Positions 58,328 through 64,000 of a DNA stretch of 64,000 bases are shown here, piece after piece. Where the stretch lies: the NCBI RefSeq assembly GCF_046119375.1, contig NW_027363086.1, positions 1 through 64,000 on the forward strand, read 5' to 3'. Positions within the stretch are counted from its first letter, which is position 1. Each line of letters opens with the position of its first letter. Source of the DNA: Phyllobates terribilis (taxonomy: Eukaryota). A program made the translations under genes and the position numbers. A model generated the notes under the pieces. The model was not told where the DNA came from. It searched no databases and saw only the letters and a program-made list of their open reading frames with translations.

Positions 58328-60179
58328 CACCGGCCGAATTAGACCTATTGCAAAAAGGTCTTTCATTTAGCCCTACACCTGCCTTTGATACATTCCAACT
58401 GGAGCAAGAACTACAACGCTTTTATAGAACCTTAAGATTGAAAGTCCATTTTTCCTCTGGTAGGGGGCTTACTACTGATCCTCCAGGTGCCTCTCAGAGC
58501 AGCCAGAATGATGGAATGTTCTCTTTACATGGCTTGAAACTGCGTATTCCTAGCCATTTCCAACCGCCTTGTACATATTATCATGTAGAGACATATATTG
58601 ACTTGGTCCAGAAAGACATTAATGAAGTCCTACAAGCCATAAAGAGAGGCGATCTGCATAACAAAAATAACCTCAACCCTGAGGAAAGTATGGCCCTCTC
58701 CTCATTGAAAAAAAGGAAAGAACTTATTGTAAAACCAGCTGATAAGGGGGGAGCAATTGTTATTATGGACCGGTCTTATTATATATCAGAGATATACACT
58801 CAATTGAATGATACTGAAACGTATCTACCTATAACACGTAACCCCACCACAGAGGTAGCTAATTTAATTAAAAATTTAGTCTCACATCATGCTCAGAGAG
58901 GCACAATCGATTCCAAACTGTCAGAATTTTTGGTCAATCCAAACCCAATAATGCCGGTATTTTATACCTTACCCAAAATACACAAGAATCTATGGGCACC
59001 ACCCGGGAGACCTATTGTAGCCTCTACAGATTCTATTTTGTCACCCTTGGCTATTACATTAGAAAAAATTTTAACACCCCATATTCAGAAGATTACCTCA
59101 TACCTTAAGGACACTACCCATTTTTTGACATGCATAAGAGAATTAGGACCAATCCCTACTAACAGCATCCTAACAACAATGGATGTCAACAGTCTCTATA
59201 CTAGTATCAATCACCAGTAGGGCATTTGTGCCACAATAAAATTTGTAAGAGCCCATACTACATTCTCAGCCGATCAGATTGACTTTTGCAGTGATTTATT
59301 AACTTTGATCCTCACCAAAAATTTTTTCATGTTTGAAGATCGTTTTTTCTTTCAAAAGAGGGGTACGGCGATGGGCTCCAATGTGGCACCCCCCTATGCC
59401 AATATCTTCATGGGGAATTTTGAGATAGATCATGTATATACTCACCCTCTGTTTGAAAAGCATGTGCTATGCTGGAGACGTTTTATTGACGATATTTTCT
59501 TTATTTGGACTGGCACAAGACAAAACTTAAAAACTTTTTTTGATGACCTTAACAGCAAACTTACTAATCTGACATTTACCATACACCAAGACCCACATTC
59601 CATACGTTTTTTGGACACACGGATTACACTCGTTGACACAGGATATCTAGTCAGTGACTTATACACAAAACCAACAGATAAAAACAGTCTATTGTTGTAT
59701 TCCAGTTCTCACCCGGGCCATATTAAAAGGTCATTACCAAAATCACAACATAATAGGGTGGATCGAATAGTGTCTACTGCAGATTCTAAAAAAATTAGAC
59801 ATGAGGAGATGAACGACAAATTTCGACAGAGGGGTTACCCATCACATATCTTGAACCAGGTCACCCAACCTACTTCACGACGGAATAATAACTCACGACT
59901 GACTTTCGTGAACACCTATCACCCCTTTGGGGGACAGATATTCAAGTGCATTAAAAATATTGGTCCCTGTTACGGCAATCTTATCCGGATATAGAGAAAT
60001 TTACCGATGTCCCCCTACTATGTCATAAAAGATCCCGAAACATTCGCGACCATTTGGTTAGAGCCGACGTGGGATCTACAAATAAGGGACCAATCCAACG
60101 CACCTTGGCCACCCCCCGGAGGGGAACTTTCCCGTGTCTAGGATGTTTACAGTGTTCAAATATTACTAAGGGTGACACT
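58270..60179 (+). pseudogene. PLE2 reverse transcriptase region with a stop (59218-59220) and a frameshift (about 59985)
   Basis: VYNIFS..LQKGLSFSPT, LPKIHK, MDVNSLYTSI, GTAMGS, FIDD. Confidence 0.88.
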
Positions 60180-60444
60180 GGAAGTGCATTCAGGTGAAGG
60201 GTGCATTGCTGGAAAAGGGAAAAAAAAAAAAACTCTTTAAATATCTTAGTTTGCGAGTGTGAACGAGCTGCGTGAGTCCGGAGCGTAAGTGCGAACGAAA
60301 GTAAGTGTGTGACTTGTTTTTCAGTGACTTTGTATTCAGGGAGTTTGGAAGGGAGGACTTTGGACTGAATTGCTGACTGTATTTCATTAATTCTTTACTT
60401 TACTTTTTACTTAACATTCTGTATATTGCAATCCCCATTAGGAA

Positions 60445-61175
60445 ATGAGCTCCATTATTGACAATGCTATCCAGTGTACATCTTGCCACATGTATGTATT
60501 CCTTGAACAGCAGGTCGAGGTTGCTTACTGCTGCGCGAGATGTGTGCACGTTGTGCGTTTGGAAGCCCAGATACTGGATCTAAATGAGCAGCTGGCAACA
60601 CTGAGATCCATTGACAACATGGAAAGGAGTCTGCTGCTCACTGAGCAGCAGCTTACTGGGGTAGATGTGGGGGAGGGTGGTAGTCGGGAGCTGCAGGACA
60701 GTGAGGTCGCTAGTTGGGTGACAGTTAGAAGGGGTGGTAGAGGGAAGAGTGCCAGGGAGGCTAGTCCTGATCTGGCACACCCCAATAAGTTTGCAAAGTT
60801 GGCAGATGAGGGGAGTGATGGTACAGGGGTAGCACTACTGCAGCAAGGCATCTCCGGCTTTCAGGGGACGAGTGTCAGCTCCAGTAAAGAGGGAAATAGG
60901 AGAGTAGGGCAGGCTAGGCAGGTGCTGGTAGTGGGGGACTCAATTATTAGAGGAAAAGATAGGGCAATCTGTCACAAAGACAGGGATCGTCGAACAGTGT
61001 GCTGCCTACCTGGCGCTCGAGTCCGGCACATCGCTGATCGGGTTGACAGATTACTGGGAGGGGCTGGTGAGGACCCAGCGGTCATGCTGCACATTGGCAC
61101 AAATGACAAAGTTAGAGGTAGGTGGAAGGTCCTTAAAGATGATTTTAGGGAATTAGGCTGCAAGCTGAAAGCAAG

Positions 61176-61208
<33 letters not shown>

Positions 61209-61428
61209 GGTACCACGTGCCACGCCAGAGAGGCAACGGGAGATTTGGGAGATAAATAAGTGGCTCAAGAACTGGTGTAGGAAAGAGGGATTTGGGTTCC
61301 TGGAGAACTGGGCCGACTTCTCAGTTGGCTACAGACTCTACGCTAGGGACCGGCTGCACCTTAATGGGGAGGGTGCAGCTGTGCTGGGGGAGAAAATGGC
61401 TAGAAGGTTGGAGGAGTGTTTAAACTAG
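60445..61428 (+). CDS. CR1 ORF1p (zinc finger, coiled coil, SGNH/GDSL esterase), 327 aa, open
   Basis: CTSCHMY..CCARC, VVGDSIIRG, HIGTND, DRLHLN. Confidence 0.9.
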
Positions 61429-64000
61429 GGATTGGGGGGGAGGGTATTCATTTTATAGGTGGGGAAGATAGTGCAGATAGTGACCTGGGCACAAATAAAG
61501 AAATTGGGGGTGGGGTTAGAACAGTCAATAAAGTAAGATGGAATAGAGGTACAGAGAGATACATAAAATGCATGTACACTAATGCCAGAAGCCTCACCAA
61601 CAAAATGGAGGAATTAGAATTAATTTTGTTGGAAAATAATTATGACATGGTAGGGATATCTGCGACATGGCTGGACGAGAGCCATGACTGGGCAGTTAAT
61701 TTACAGGGCTATAGTCTGTTCAGAAATGACCGTACAAACAAGCGAGGGGGGGTGTGTGTTTATATGTAAAATCATCCTTAAAACCTGTCTTGCGGGAGGA
61801 TATATGTGAATCTAATGAAAATGTAGAGTCCCTGTGGGTGGAGATAAGGGGAGGGGGAAAAAATAATAAATTACTGATAGGGGTTTGTTATAAGTCTCCA
61901 AAAATAATGGAAGTAGCGGAGAATATCCTCGTAAAGCAGATAGATGAAGCAGCGACCCAAGGAGAAGTCATTATTATGGGAGACTTCAACTACCCTGAAA
62001 TACATTGGGGGACAGAAACATGTAGTTCAAGCAAAGGAAATAGGTTTTTGACTACTATGAGAGACAATTACCTTTCACAACTGGTTCAGGACCCAACAAG
62101 AAGGGGGGCACTGCTAGACCTAATATTAACCAATAGGCCAGACCGCATATCAAATATATTAGTTGGGGGTCACTTGGGTAATAGTGATCACAAAATAATA
62201 CGTTTTCATGTAACCTTTAATAAGATGTGTAGTAGCGGGGTTACAAGGACACTAAACTTCAGGAAGGCAAATTTCCAACGGTTAAGAGATCATCTTAGTG
62301 CAATAAACTGGGACGATATCCTGAGACATAAAGCTACACAAAGCAAATGGGAGACATTTATTAACATCCTGAATAGGACCTGTGCACAATATATACCCCT
62401 TGGGAATAAACATGCTAGAAATAGGAGGAAACCACTATGGCTAAATAGAGCTGTAAGGGGCGCAATAAGTGACAAAAAGAAAGCATTTAGAGAACTAAAG
62501 CAAGTAGGTAGTGATGAGGCATTAAATAAATATAGAAAATTAAATAAATTATGTAAAAAACAAATCAAGGCAGCAAAGATTTAGGCAGAGAGAATTATTG
62601 CCAGAGAAAGTAAAAATAACCCCAAAATATTCTTTAACTATATAAATAGTAAAAAACTAAAAAATGATAGTGTTGGCCCCCTTAAAAATAGTCTGGGTGA
62701 AATGGTGGATGAGGATGAGGAAAAAGCCAATATGCTAAATGATTTTTTTTCAACCGTATTTACACAAGAAAATCGCATGACAGAAAACATGATTAGTGAT
62801 AACAAAAATTCTCCAGTAAATGTCACTTGCTTAACCCAGCAGGAAGTATGGCGGCATCTAAAAATCACTAAAGTTGACAAATCACCGGGCCCGGATGGGA
62901 TACACCCGCGAGTACTGCAGGAATTAAGTAACGTCATAGATAGACCATTATTTTTAATCTTTAAAGATTCCATAATAACAGGGTCTGTACCACAGGACTG
63001 GCGTATAGCAAATGTGGTGCCAATATTCAAAAAGGGGACAAAAACTGAACTTGGAAATTATAGGCCGGTAAGCTTAACCTCTACTGTGGGTAAAATCCTG
63101 GAGGGTTTCCTAAGAGATGCTATAATAGAGTATCTGAAGAAGAATAACCTCATGACCCAATATCAACATGGGTTTACGAGGGACCGTTCCTGTCAAACTA
63201 ATCTGATCAGTTTTTATGAGGAGGCAAGTTCCGGACTGGACCAAGGAAATGCAGTGGATGTTGTGTATATGGACTTTTCAAAAGCTTTTGATACGGTTCC
63301 ACACAAAAGGTTGATACACAAAATGAGAACAATGGGGATAGGGGAAAATATATGTATGTGGGTTAAGAATTGGCTCAGTGATAGGAAACAAAGGGTGGCT
63401 ATTAATGGAAAACACTCAAACCGGGTCTCAGTTAACAGTGGGGTACCACAGGGGTCAGTATTGGGCCCACTTCTTTTTAACATATTTATTAATGACACTA
63501 AACTCTGCAGGGTAATCAATACAGAGGAGGACAATTTTATATTACAGGAGGATCTATGTAAACTAGAAGCTTGGGCTGATAAATGGCAAATGAGCTTTAA
63601 TGGGGATAAATGTAAGGTAATGCACTTGGGCAGAGGAAATAAAATGTATAATTATAAGCTTAATTGTAAAACACATGGCAAAACTGTTACTGAAAAAGAC
63701 CTGGGTGTATTGGTGGACGACAAGCTCAGTGTAGTGGCCAGTGTCAGGCTGCTTCTGCAAAGGCAAATAAAATAATGGGATGCATTAAAAGAGGCATAGA
63801 TGCTCATGAGGAGAACATAATTTTACCTCTATACAAGTCATTAGTGCGACCACACTTAGAATACTGTGTACAGTTCTGGTCTCCGGTGTATAAGAAAGAC
63901 ATAGCTGAACTAGAGCGGGGGCAGAGAAGAGCGACCAAGGTTATTAGAGGACTGGGGGTCTGCAATACCAAGACAGGTTATTACACTTGGGGTTATTTAC
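61416..64000 (+). pseudogene. CR1 ORF2 (APE endonuclease plus RT) with a frameshift, a stop and the FADD motif deleted
   Basis: KCMYTNARSL, GDFNYP, SDH, NYRPVSLTS, DFSKAFD, GVPQGSVLGP. FINDTKL lacks the ..FADD segment; TAG at about 62582. Confidence 0.9.

Larger units (their letters stand above)
57338..60179 (+). mobile_element. Penelope-like element PLE2 (Neptune-type) main copy, interrupted by CR1 at 60180
   Basis: Begins inside the pLTR hammerhead. Upstream coiled-coil ORF, then RT (KPADKGG, GTAMG, RRFIDD), broken at ITKGDT. Confidence 0.9.
60180..64000 (+). mobile_element. CR1 LINE with 5' UTR, ORF1 and degenerate ORF2; runs past the window end
   Basis: PLE2 homology stops at 60179; ORF1 followed by APE-RT ORF2. 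Confidence 0.93.

Overview
Repeat-dense vertebrate genomic DNA. An anuran amphibian origin is inferred from the repeat families and is not proven. About 1-44 kb is a stack of nested transposable elements. These include three Tf1/sushi-type chromoviral Gypsy elements (A, B, D), an internally deleted tRNA-Ile-primed Gypsy element (C), solo LTRs, Tc1 and mariner copies, a 5.2-kb palindromic hAT-type element, a Neptune-type Penelope-like element (PLE) and many MITEs. A 12-exon SPNS1-like MFS transporter gene (44995-54391, +) has an open frame of about 505 aa, but its conserved TM1 Asp-Arg pair is replaced by Ala-Ala. It is preceded by a tandemly duplicated candidate promoter/first exon. The window ends with an L1 fragment, a second PLE in a head-to-head inverted arrangement, and a CR1 LINE inserted into that PLE. 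Structured-RNA signals read directly from the sequence are two minimal hammerhead-ribozyme motifs in the PLEs, self-priming PBS/5'-end complementarity in two LTR families, and a GGGAAAC slippery site with an H-type pseudoknot. All alignments were done by eye and no database searches were run.
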